A stretch of DNA of 64,000 nt from contig JAKFCT010000028.1 of the NCBI GenBank assembly GCA_036676495.1, positions 64,001 to 128,000 of the forward strand. The letters are read 5' to 3'. The stretch's first letter is position 1, and each line of letters begins with the position of its first letter. A model generated the notes under the pieces. It saw nothing but the letters and a program-made list of their open reading frames with translations, did no database searches and had not been told where the DNA came from. Below are positions 9,940 to 18,482 of this stretch, piece after piece. The position numbers and the translations under genes are program-made. The DNA is from Candidatus Sericytochromatia bacterium (lineage in GTDB: Bacteria; Cyanobacteriota; Sericytochromatia; S15B-MN24; UBA4093).

Positions 9940-11796
9940 TTAAACGCGGGCCGGCGCGCGGGTCTCGGCGGGCGCGTACATGCCATCGATCGCGCGCTGG
10001 TACTTCGAGGCGATCACCCGGCGCTTGAGCTTGAGCGACGGAGTCAGCTCGCCGGTCTCCTGGCTGAACTCGTCGGGCAGCAGCGTGAAGTGCTTGATCT
10101 GCTCGAACGGGGCCAGCTCGGCATTGACGGCGGCGACGGCCGCGTCGAAGCGCTCGCGAATCGAGAGCATTTCGAGCAACTCGGCGCGGGATTCCCAGGT
10201 GAGACCGCGCTCCAAGGCGAAGCGCTCCACGACGTCCCAGGCCGGCACCAGCAACGCGGAGACGTAATGGCGACCCTCTCCGACGACCACCGCCTGCTCG
10301 ATGAGCGCATGCCCCATGAGCGCGTTCTCGATGGGCTGAGGAGCGACGTTCTTGCCGTTGGAGAGGACCAGGAGCTCCTTCTTGCGATCGATGATCCGGA
10401 GGTAGCCTTCCGCGTCGAGCGTCCCGATGTCGCCGGTGTGGAACCAGCCCTCGGCGTCGACCACCTGGCGCGTGTCTTCTTCTTTGTTCCAGTAGCCGAT
10501 CATCACGTTGGGGCCCTTGGCCAGGATCTCGCCGTCAGGGGAGATCATGAGGGTCACTCCCGGGATGGTCTGACCCACCGTCCCGTACTTGGGGCGGTGC
10601 ACGGGGTTGAGCGTGAGGACGGGAGCCGTCTCGGTGAGGCCGTAGCCCTCGATGACCGGGATGCCGGCCGATCGGAAGAACTGGCCCACCTCGGAGCGCA
10701 GCGGGGCCGCTCCCGAGAGGATCAAGCGCAGGCGGCCTCCGAGCTTCTCGCGGAACTTGGAGAAGATCATGCGGTCGGCGGCCTGGTACATGGTGCTCAC
10801 GGGGAAGGTGACCCGCCCCTCGGCGTCCATGACCTCATGGAAGTACTCGGCGAGCTCGAGGGCCATGTAGAACGACTCGCGCTTGAGGAAGGACTCCTTG
10901 TCCAGGTTCTCCATGGTCCGCTCGTAGATCTTCGAGAGGACCCGGGGAACGGCCACCAGGAGGGTGGGCCGGACCTCGACCATGTTCTGGGCGATGGTGT
11001 CGTAGCTTTCCGCAAAGGCGATCGCCACGCCCTTGCTGAGCATGGCGTAAGAGACGACCCGCTCCAGGACATGCGACAGCGGAAGGAAGGAAAGCTGAAG
11101 ATCGGAGGCGCGGACGCCCATGAGCTCGGCGGCGGTCACCGCGTTGGACGCGAAGTTCCAGTGGGTGAGCATGGCGCCCTTCGGCTCCCCGGTGGTCCCG
11201 GAGGTGTAGACGATGGAGGCCAGGTCGTCGGGCCGCAAGGCTTCCAGGCGCCGGAGCCGCTCGTCCCGGGTGCTGTCGAGCAGGGACGCGCCTGCGGCGA
11301 CGAAGGAGTTCCAGGCCTGGACCTTCTGACCGTGCGGGGCGCTGAACGCACGGTCGAAGACGATCACGTGCTCGAGCGAAGGCACCTCCGCGCGGATGCG
11401 GTTGAGGCGCTCCAGCTGCTCGGGGTTGGAGACCGCGATCACCCGGACCCCCGCATCGTTGAGGATGTAGGCGATCTGCTCGGGCGTCAGGGTCGGGTAG
11501 ATGGGAACCGTCACGCCGCCCAGGGCGAGGGTGGCCTGATCCATGATGACCCATTCGGGGCGGTTCTCGCTGAGGATGGCCACGCGCTCACCCACCCCGA
11601 CCTTCATCGACAGCAAGTGCGCGCTGCTGCAATCAACGAGCCGCTTGAATTCTCGGTAGCTGATGGTCTGGTAGCGCCCCTCCACCTTTGCGAGAAGGGC
11701 GTCCTTCGCCCCATGGCGCTCGACGGTCTGGTGAAAGAGTGCCGGAAGCGTCGTCTTCTGAGACGGGGCGCCCGGAGTGCTGCTGATCTGGGTCAT
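9940..11796 (-). CDS. fadD: Long-chain fatty acid-CoA ligase
   Basis: YTSGTTGEPKG AMP-binding motif, EGYGLTET, WFHTGDIG, GELTPSLKLKR. Confidence 0.92.
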   Translation of the reverse strand: MTQISSTPGAPSQKTTLPALFHQTVERHGAKDALLAKVEGRYQTISYREFKRLVDCSSAHLLSMKVGVGERVAILSENRPEWVIMDQATLALGGVTVPIYPTLTPEQIAYILNDAGVRVIAVSNPEQLERLNRIRAEVPSLEHVIVFDRAFSAPHGQKVQAWNSFVAAGASLLDSTRDERLRRLEALRPDDLASIVYTSGTTGEPKGAMLTHWNFASNAVTAAELMGVRASDLQLSFLPLSHVLERVVSYAMLSKGVAIAFAESYDTIAQNMVEVRPTLLVAVPRVLSKIYERTMENLDKESFLKRESFYMALELAEYFHEVMDAEGRVTFPVSTMYQAADRMIFSKFREKLGGRLRLILSGAAPLRSEVGQFFRSAGIPVIEGYGLTETAPVLTLNPVHRPKYGTVGQTIPGVTLMISPDGEILAKGPNVMIGYWNKEEDTRQVVDAEGWFHTGDIGTLDAEGYLRIIDRKKELLVLSNGKNVAPQPIENALMGHALIEQAVVVGEGRHYVSALLVPAWDVVERFALERGLTWESRAELLEMLSIRERFDAAVAAVNAELAPFEQIKHFTLLPDEFSQETGELTPSLKLKRRVIASKYQRAIDGMYAPAETRAPARV

Positions 11797-11883
11797 GAGG
11801 AAAGGTCCCCCCTTCTACAACGGATCCCTTACAAACGTGGACCTGGACTCCCGTTAAGGAATCCAGGACCAGCTTCGTAATGA

Positions 11884-11912
11884 ATTGTAACGGAAGCTCC
11901 GTGGAAGGGCAA
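11884..11912 (-). promoter_or_regulatory. Sigma70-type promoter of fadD
   Basis: TTGCCC-17 bp-TACAAT on the minus strand. Confidence 0.55.
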
Positions 11913-11921
11913 CCGGACGAC

Positions 11922-12545
11922 TCAACGTTTGAAGAGTCCCTCGAAGGCCTTGACCATCGAGCTCACTCCCGCCGCCAGCGACGTCACTCCCTCGACGATC
12001 GGAGCCACCTGCTGGGTAATGGTGGGCGGCTGATTCGCCACGGCGTAGGGCTGATAGGGGTTCGCGAGGGCCGGCGTCCGCGGTTTTCCGCTCGCCAGGT
12101 TGATGATGTCGTCGATCAAGGGAAGGGCCTCGTCGATCACCGGGGCCGCCTGCCTGACGAATCGATCCACGTCCCGGCTGCCCACGGCCTGTCCCAGACG
12201 CTCGAGCGACTGCCCGACGGGACCGGCGGCAGGAGCGATCGGAGGTGTGGCCGGATAGCCGGGATAGGCCGGGTAGGCCTGAGCCGACGCGGCGGCCGGA
12301 GCCGGATTCTGAACGCGGTTGACCAGGGCCGCCAGGCGCGAGAGCACCGGCGTCACCTCCGCCACCTTGTCCAGGGCGCGCTCGACGTCATTGCGCGGCT
12401 GCGCGGGCTGCGGCTGGATCGATTGAACCGGCTGCGGATAAGCGTGCTGGGGATAGGCAGGCTGCGGATACGCCACCTGCGGCATCGGCTGCGCTTGCTG
12501 ACGGTAGCGCGCCAACGTATTCGAAAACCGATCGACCGCGTTCAT
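11922..12545 (-). CDS. Hypothetical Pro/Gln/Tyr-rich protein with amphipathic helices
   Basis: RBS gaggagga; AYPQP-type repeats. Confidence 0.7.
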   Translation of the reverse strand: MNAVDRFSNTLARYRQQAQPMPQVAYPQPAYPQHAYPQPVQSIQPQPAQPRNDVERALDKVAEVTPVLSRLAALVNRVQNPAPAAASAQAYPAYPGYPATPPIAPAAGPVGQSLERLGQAVGSRDVDRFVRQAAPVIDEALPLIDDIINLASGKPRTPALANPYQPYAVANQPPTITQQVAPIVEGVTSLAAGVSSMVKAFEGLFKR

Positions 12546-12821
12546 GACGTTCCTCCTCGAGACTGGGGCGTTCTATCTCCTTGGCTTGTCGCGGCTTCGG
12601 AGGAGAAGTCGGTAAAGGGCGGAAAAAATTTAGCGTAATCTCGGGTTAACCTGGCGTTTGCATGCGCGGCGCCAGCCGGTCCGTTCCGGACGCGGGGCAT
12701 CCTTTCCGACCCGGCGCCGAGCCGCCGGAAACGGTTGACCTGCGGTTGCTTGCTTTGCGATACTGAAACGTCATCTTGTCAGATTTCTCCGGCTTCCGGT
12801 TCTTCGAAACGAGGATTCCTC

Positions 12822-14555
12822 ATGCTGCACCGCATCAGCGCGCTGCTCCTTGCCTCTTTGCTGGCAACGAGCTGCGCGTCCCTCCCACTCGGCTCCGTCC
12901 CGGCGACAGGCACCCTCTCGCTCTCCCTCTCGGGCCTCTTTCCCGTCGAACGCCAGGTTCAGTACCTTCAGGCCGGCAAGCAGGCCAAGCTGACCGTCAC
13001 GGGCCCGGGGCTGGCCCAGCCGCTCACCCTGACGGCCCCGATCGACGGGACCAGCGCCGTGGCGACCCTCACCGGCATCCCCGCAGGCCCTAACCGGGTC
13101 ATTGAGGTGGAAGCCCAGGACGAGGCGGGCGCGAGCATTCCGGGGGGGAGGTTCCGGACGACGGCCACCCTCCAGGAAGGGGCCAACGCGGCGGTGATCT
13201 CGCCCGCGACCACGCCGCGAGGGGACGTCTTCGCCAAGCTCTTGGCGGACGGCTCGGCGCTGGCGGCGTCTCTCGACGCTGGCCGGATCCAGGAGAAGAT
13301 CGAGGAGATTCAGCGGGTGCAGCGGGTGGCGCACTTCGGCCTGATCGACGGGGCGGCGATCGCCAACGCCCTCGCGGCCAACGGGGGCAACGTCGATGCG
13401 CTCGCCGTCACCGAGGCCTCTTTCGTCCAGCAGGCCGTCGCCGTGACGGTCGCGATCAAGGGCCTTCCCGAGAATCTGCCGGCCGAGGTCTGGGTCAACG
13501 ATCCCGTCTCCCCCAAGCAAACGGGGGTCTTCAACGGCAACCTCACGATCGAGCCCGTCAAGCCCGGCACCTGGCAGCTTTACGGCCGTGCGGGGACGAT
13601 GCGGGTCGGTCCCATTCCCGTCACGCCGGGCGTCAAGGCCAGCCTCGACTTCTCGCGGAGCACTCAGACCCTGGCTCCGCTGACGAAGGCACGTGCCGGT
13701 GCCGCGGCGGGAGTGCTCAGGATCGACGGCGTAGACCGCCTGGTCGTCGCGGGAGGGTACGGCGCATCGGGGAACGAAATCGTGGTCGCCTTCGACGGCG
13801 AGAGCTGGTCTCCGATCGCAGCCCCGATGCCGGTGCTGGTCACTCATGCGGCCTACGCCGTGCATGACAACATGCTCTGGGTGCTAGGCGGCTTCACGGT
13901 CAACGGGAACACCAGCAATGCCGTTCAGGCCTTCGATGGGTCGGCCTGGTATACCTTCCCCAATCTCCCCGAGGCCTCGATCCTGGGCTCGGCCGCCTTC
14001 GTGGGCGACACGCTCGTCTTCACGGGCGGCTATCAGAGCATCATCAGCACCGATAACGTCAACAGCTTCATCCTCAGTCCGCGGATCTACGCGCTGGACC
14101 TGACGGAACCTTCCGCCTGGAGCGAAGTAGGCCAGCTGGAAGCCCCCCGAGCGGGCGCCTCTGCTGCCACCTTGAACGGCAAGGTCTACCTCGCCGGCGG
14201 ACAGAGCGAAAGCCTCGCGCCGCTCAGGTCCGTCGAGGTCTTCGATCCGGTCAGCGGTGCGACGGCGTCGGCGGCTCCGATCCCGACGTCCCGCTTCGGG
14301 GGCATGAGCTGGGTATCCGGCGGCAAGCTCTACGTGGCCGGCGGGGTCGACCCGCTGGGCATGGGACTCAACCATGTCGAGGCCTACGATCCCTTGCTCG
14401 ATCGCTGGGAAATCCTCCCGCCACTGCAGACACCGCGCGCCCATGCCGCGGTCGGGCAACTCAACGGCAAGGTGGTGATCGCCGGGGGTCATGACAGCCT
14501 GTTCTATTATGGCCAGATCTCCCCGCTCGACCTCGTTGAAGCGCTGTTGCCGTAG
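12822..14555 (+). CDS. Kelch-repeat lipoprotein with N-terminal Ig-like region
   Basis: Lipobox LATSC; several GG-Y/W Kelch blades (KVYLAGG..VEVFDP, KLYVAGG..VEAYDP); RBS gagga; TTGACC-18 bp-GATACT promoter upstream. Confidence 0.85.
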   Translation: MLHRISALLLASLLATSCASLPLGSVPATGTLSLSLSGLFPVERQVQYLQAGKQAKLTVTGPGLAQPLTLTAPIDGTSAVATLTGIPAGPNRVIEVEAQDEAGASIPGGRFRTTATLQEGANAAVISPATTPRGDVFAKLLADGSALAASLDAGRIQEKIEEIQRVQRVAHFGLIDGAAIANALAANGGNVDALAVTEASFVQQAVAVTVAIKGLPENLPAEVWVNDPVSPKQTGVFNGNLTIEPVKPGTWQLYGRAGTMRVGPIPVTPGVKASLDFSRSTQTLAPLTKARAGAAAGVLRIDGVDRLVVAGGYGASGNEIVVAFDGESWSPIAAPMPVLVTHAAYAVHDNMLWVLGGFTVNGNTSNAVQAFDGSAWYTFPNLPEASILGSAAFVGDTLVFTGGYQSIISTDNVNSFILSPRIYALDLTEPSAWSEVGQLEAPRAGASAATLNGKVYLAGGQSESLAPLRSVEVFDPVSGATASAAPIPTSRFGGMSWVSGGKLYVAGGVDPLGMGLNHVEAYDPLLDRWEILPPLQTPRAHAAVGQLNGKVVIAGGHDSLFYYGQISPLDLVEALLP

Positions 14556-14564
14556 GAGGCCCCG

Positions 14565-15659
14565 ATGAAACGCACCATGCACCTGAAGTCGATTCTCGCG
14601 GCTTCCGCGGCCCTCCTCCTGGCCGGCTGCCCTCAGCCGACCCCGGGCGCCGGAGGCGATCCGGTCGTCGAGCCCACGCCGACCCCGGTTACCGGCAATC
14701 TCCAGCTTGGCACCGATGACCTTCCCCGCAACTCGTGGCGGATCGGTCCTCCGCTCTCCCGTGAGCGGGGCGGCTTGAGCGCCGGCATCTTCAACGGACA
14801 GCTCTACGCCATCGGAGGAGATGGCGAGGCCACCCTCGAAATCCTCGATCCGAACGCGGATCGCTGGCGCACGGTCCCCCTGCCTTTCTTCCAGGGCGAT
14901 CCCTCCCAGCGCTCGCGGTACTTCGGCTCCGCCGTCACGGCCTGGAACCGGATCTTCTACATCGGGGGCACGGTAGATTGGCTCCCGTACCTGTTGGACG
15001 TCTACGAACCCGGCACGCCGGACTGGCTCGAGCTGTCGAGCTCGGCCATGCAGCACGGGGCCATGGGGCGAATGGCCCATGCGTCCGCCGCCCTGGAGGA
15101 GGAGATCCTCGTGATCGGCGGCCTGAGAGACGCCGGCGGCGACGAAAAAATCACGACGGATTCCGTCATCAGCCTCAAGCCGGGCACCAGCCCAGGGACT
15201 TATGACGTCTACAACCGTCCGAACCTGCCGCAGCCCCGGGCGGGGCTCGGCTCCGGCGTGATCGGCTCCCAGCTTTACGTGGCCGGAGGCTTCATCGAGG
15301 CCCCCGTCACGGGCAGCCCGATCGCCACGGACAGCGTCCTTCGCTACCATGCCGACGCCTGGCATACCGGTACGCCGGAAGGCGCACCGCTGGCCTCCAT
15401 GAACGTCCCCCGTCATTCCTTCGGCATGGCGGTCCTCGACGGCATCCTCTACGTCGCCGGGGGCCTCGACAGTACCGGCAAGGCGTTGGATTCGGTCGAA
15501 GCGTACGATCCCAAGACCAATCAATGGACCCTGAGGGCCCCCATGTTCACTCCCCGCGCGCACCTGGGCCTCGCGGCGAACGCCGGAAGGCTCTATGCCA
15601 TCGGCGGCTTCGATGCCGACGGCAAACCGCTTCGTTCCGTGCACGTGTTCAGGCCCTAG
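14565..15659 (+). CDS. Kelch-repeat beta-propeller lipoprotein
   Basis: Lipobox LLAGC; about 6 Kelch repeats (LYAIGG, LYVAGG, VEAYDPKTNQW). Confidence 0.88.
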   Translation: MKRTMHLKSILAASAALLLAGCPQPTPGAGGDPVVEPTPTPVTGNLQLGTDDLPRNSWRIGPPLSRERGGLSAGIFNGQLYAIGGDGEATLEILDPNADRWRTVPLPFFQGDPSQRSRYFGSAVTAWNRIFYIGGTVDWLPYLLDVYEPGTPDWLELSSSAMQHGAMGRMAHASAALEEEILVIGGLRDAGGDEKITTDSVISLKPGTSPGTYDVYNRPNLPQPRAGLGSGVIGSQLYVAGGFIEAPVTGSPIATDSVLRYHADAWHTGTPEGAPLASMNVPRHSFGMAVLDGILYVAGGLDSTGKALDSVEAYDPKTNQWTLRAPMFTPRAHLGLAANAGRLYAIGGFDADGKPLRSVHVFRP

Positions 15660-15665
15660 GAGAGA

Positions 15666-17075
15666 ATGACGATGAGAGCCAATACCCGATTCTTCGCGCT
15701 CCTGGCCACGACCATGCTGGTCGGCTGCCAGCAGCCCAGCACGCCGTTCGCACCCTTCGGAGTCACGGTCAGCCAGAACGAGGCCTCCCACTCCGGCTTG
15801 CCGGAAGCCCTCACCGGGGGGCAAGCCATGCCTGTCGGCAGCTACGTCCCCAACGAGCTGATCGTCACGCTCAACGAGGGTGCTGATGCCCGCAAAGCCC
15901 TCGAAGGCTTTACCACGCTCGGAGAGCTGGACCTCGCGCAGCGCTTCGCCGCGGTCAAGCTACCCGCGGACATGAGCATCGAGCAGGCGCACACCCTCCT
16001 GAACTCGCGTCCGGGGATCGCGGACGTCTCCTTGAACCTGGTCTTCAAAAACACGGCCCTCCCCCAGCCCGCCGTGCGCATGGGTGAGCAGTGGGCACAC
16101 CGCGTGACCGAGACCACCCGCCTCTGGCAGGATCATGCCACGGTCCCCGCGAGCCAGGTCGTCGTCGCCGTGCTCGACACGGGGATCGCCATGGGCCATC
16201 CGGAGTTCGCGGGCCGTCTCGTGGGCCCCCAGAACTTCACCGCCGACAACGGGGGCGTGTTCACCGATCCGAGGGACGGCAACAAGCACGGGACGCACGT
16301 GGCGGGCATCATCGGGGCCCAGGGCACGGAAGTCGTCGGCGTGGCGCCGGACGTCAGGATCATGCCGATCAAGGTGCTGAGCGACTACTACGGCGGCGAT
16401 ACCTTCAGCATCGCTCAGGGCATGGCCTACGCCTGGGGGGCGGACGTGGATGGCGCCGGCCCGCGCGTGGCCCTAGATCCGGAGATCGCAGAGCAGGTGC
16501 GGGTCATGAACATGAGCCTCGGATCCCCGTCTCGCGGCCGCAACTCCCTGTACGACGCGGCGATCGCCGAGGCCCGTCAACGCGGCATCCTGGTCGTGGT
16601 GGCCGCCGGCAACGACGGCATGGAAGTCGCGAGCCCCGCCAACTCGCCCTATGCGCTCTCTGTTTCCTCGACGAGCCCCTACCGGCTCGGCGATCAGCTC
16701 TGGGAGTGGCTCTCGGGATTCTCCAACCGCGGGAACCGGATCGATCTCTCGGCCCCCGGTGGGCAGATCCTCTCCACCCTACCTGATTACCCGTACACCA
16801 ACGTCAACCTGGTTCCGCAGCCCGAGGACTACGGCAACCTGAGCGGCACCTCGATGGCGGCTCCCTACATCGCCGGGGTGGCCGCGCTCGTCACGGCCAA
16901 GTACCCGCCGCAACCGGGCGAGAACCTGGCGGCGTACGTCGACAAGCTCAAGGAGCACCTCGAAGCGACCTCCGACGACCTGGGCGCTCCCGGCAAGGAT
17001 CCGAAGTACGGCTGGGGCCGGGTCAACACCCTGCGGGCGGTCACGACGGCCTTCCCCGCCAAGCACCCCAAGTAA
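15666..17075 (+). CDS. S8 subtilisin-like serine protease, lipoprotein
   Basis: Lipobox LVGC; catalytic triad motifs VAVLDTG, HGTHVAG, SGTSMAAP. Confidence 0.95.
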   Translation: MTMRANTRFFALLATTMLVGCQQPSTPFAPFGVTVSQNEASHSGLPEALTGGQAMPVGSYVPNELIVTLNEGADARKALEGFTTLGELDLAQRFAAVKLPADMSIEQAHTLLNSRPGIADVSLNLVFKNTALPQPAVRMGEQWAHRVTETTRLWQDHATVPASQVVVAVLDTGIAMGHPEFAGRLVGPQNFTADNGGVFTDPRDGNKHGTHVAGIIGAQGTEVVGVAPDVRIMPIKVLSDYYGGDTFSIAQGMAYAWGADVDGAGPRVALDPEIAEQVRVMNMSLGSPSRGRNSLYDAAIAEARQRGILVVVAAGNDGMEVASPANSPYALSVSSTSPYRLGDQLWEWLSGFSNRGNRIDLSAPGGQILSTLPDYPYTNVNLVPQPEDYGNLSGTSMAAPYIAGVAALVTAKYPPQPGENLAAYVDKLKEHLEATSDDLGAPGKDPKYGWGRVNTLRAVTTAFPAKHPK

Positions 17076-17077
17076 GC

Positions 17078-17111
17078 AAGGGGGCTGCCAAATGGCAGCC
17101 CCCTTTGTTTT
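17078..17111. terminator. Bidirectional terminator
   Basis: aagggggctgcca / tggcagccccctt hairpin with T tail between convergent genes. Confidence 0.8.
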
Positions 17112-17137
17112 ATCGAGTTCGGCCTGTGGCTGGCGGC

Positions 17138-17971
17138 CTATCCCTTTACTGCCCCAGCGGTTTGGCCGCCGATGAAGAAGCGCTGCAGGCCGATGAAGAC
17201 GGCCACGATGGGCACGATCGAGAGCACCGAACCCGCCGCGATCAGGCGCCAGTTCGCCGAGAACGTGCCCGCCAGGTAGGAGATGCCCACTGGCAGCGTG
17301 TAGAGATCGGGGTCCTTGAGCACGATCAAGGGCCAGAGGAAGTCCCCCCACGAGCCCACGAAGACGAAGATCGCCAGGGTCGCGAGGCTCGGCTTGGTCA
17401 GGGGCAGCATGACCTGCCAAAAGACCTGCCAGGGGTTCGCGCCGTCGATCACCGCGGCCTCCTCGATTTCCCGGGGAATGGCCAGGAAGGCCTGCCGCAT
17501 CAGGAAGATGCCGAAGGCGCTCACGGCGGTGGGAAGGATCAGGCCCGCGTAGGAGTTCAAGAGGCCCAGGCGCTGGGATAGGACGAAGAGGGGGATCATG
17601 ATGACCGGCAGGGGAATCATCATGGTGGCCAGGATCAGGACGAAGAGCGGCTCGCGGCCCCGAAAGCGCATTCGGGCGAGCGGAAACGCCGCCAAGCTCG
17701 CGAGGACCAGGTTCAGCGCGACGGCCGCCGCCGCCACCAGGACCGAGTTGAAGAAATACCTCCCGAACGGCACGGCCTCCCAGACCTGCCGGAAGTTGTC
17801 CAGCGTCGGTTGGGCGGGCCAGAGGCTCGGCGGGTAGGCGAAGATATTTTCGGCGCCGCCCTTGAGGGCCGTCACCAGAAGCCAGAGGAAGGGACCCACC
17901 GTGAGGACGGCCAGAGCAAGCAGGCCGACCCAGGTGGCAATTACCTTGCAAACGTGGGTATAGGTACGCAT
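17138..17971 (-). CDS. Carbohydrate ABC transporter permease (MalG/UgpE-like), orphan
   Basis: EEAAVIDGA EAA loop; 6 TM segments. Confidence 0.92.
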   Translation of the reverse strand: MRTYTHVCKVIATWVGLLALAVLTVGPFLWLLVTALKGGAENIFAYPPSLWPAQPTLDNFRQVWEAVPFGRYFFNSVLVAAAAVALNLVLASLAAFPLARMRFRGREPLFVLILATMMIPLPVIMIPLFVLSQRLGLLNSYAGLILPTAVSAFGIFLMRQAFLAIPREIEEAAVIDGANPWQVFWQVMLPLTKPSLATLAIFVFVGSWGDFLWPLIVLKDPDLYTLPVGISYLAGTFSANWRLIAAGSVLSIVPIVAVFIGLQRFFIGGQTAGAVKG

Positions 17972-18123
17972 GGGCCCATTCTAGCCTCCCGCCCCCGGGA
18001 TCGCAAACCGCCGGTCTTTCGCGGAGCCTCATGTGCTAGAATGGCAAGCATCCTAGCACCCTCGGCAGGTCGAGGGAGTCAATCACGGCGTTCTGGTCAA
18101 TTCCAGAAAGGAGCGTCTCGGTC

Positions 18124-18315
18124 ATGGCGAAGATTTCGGTTGAGCAAGTCGAAGCCACGTATGGCATCACCTCGCGCGAGGTGCGCAACGCCATCGCTGA
18201 CGGCCATCTCGCGGGCGAGCGCGTCCACGGCAAGTGGATGGTCGATAGTCAAAGCCTTCACAAAGCCATCGAGGCGGGACTCCTCAAGGACCGCAAGAAC
18301 GCCATGAAGCCGTAA
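18124..18315 (+). CDS. Small excisionase/HTH_17-like DNA-binding protein
   Basis: RBS aaaggag; SVEQV..YGIT..EVRNAI..GHL.G.RV.GKWMV winged-HTH pattern; terminator hairpin at about 18331-18363. Confidence 0.65.
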   Translation: MAKISVEQVEATYGITSREVRNAIADGHLAGERVHGKWMVDSQSLHKAIEAGLLKDRKNAMKP

Positions 18316-18482
18316 GGCCTTTCCTTTTTCGGCCCGGTGCATCCAGGATGCCCGGGCCTTTCTGTTGGCGGCTGGCGGGGAAACCTCCGTTGCGGTTGAG
18401 CCGCAGGTGCTGGTGACCGACGAAAGCCGTGCCGTTCGGGTATAATGGGGGGCGCTGCGCCCTGATATCCTGGAGGCCCCCC

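Noticed and set aside
18363-18428. Small hairpin cluster (GGGAAACC, GCGGTTGAGCCGC) before the ligase promoter
   Set aside because: Short stems in high-GC DNA with no second copy or recognisable consensus
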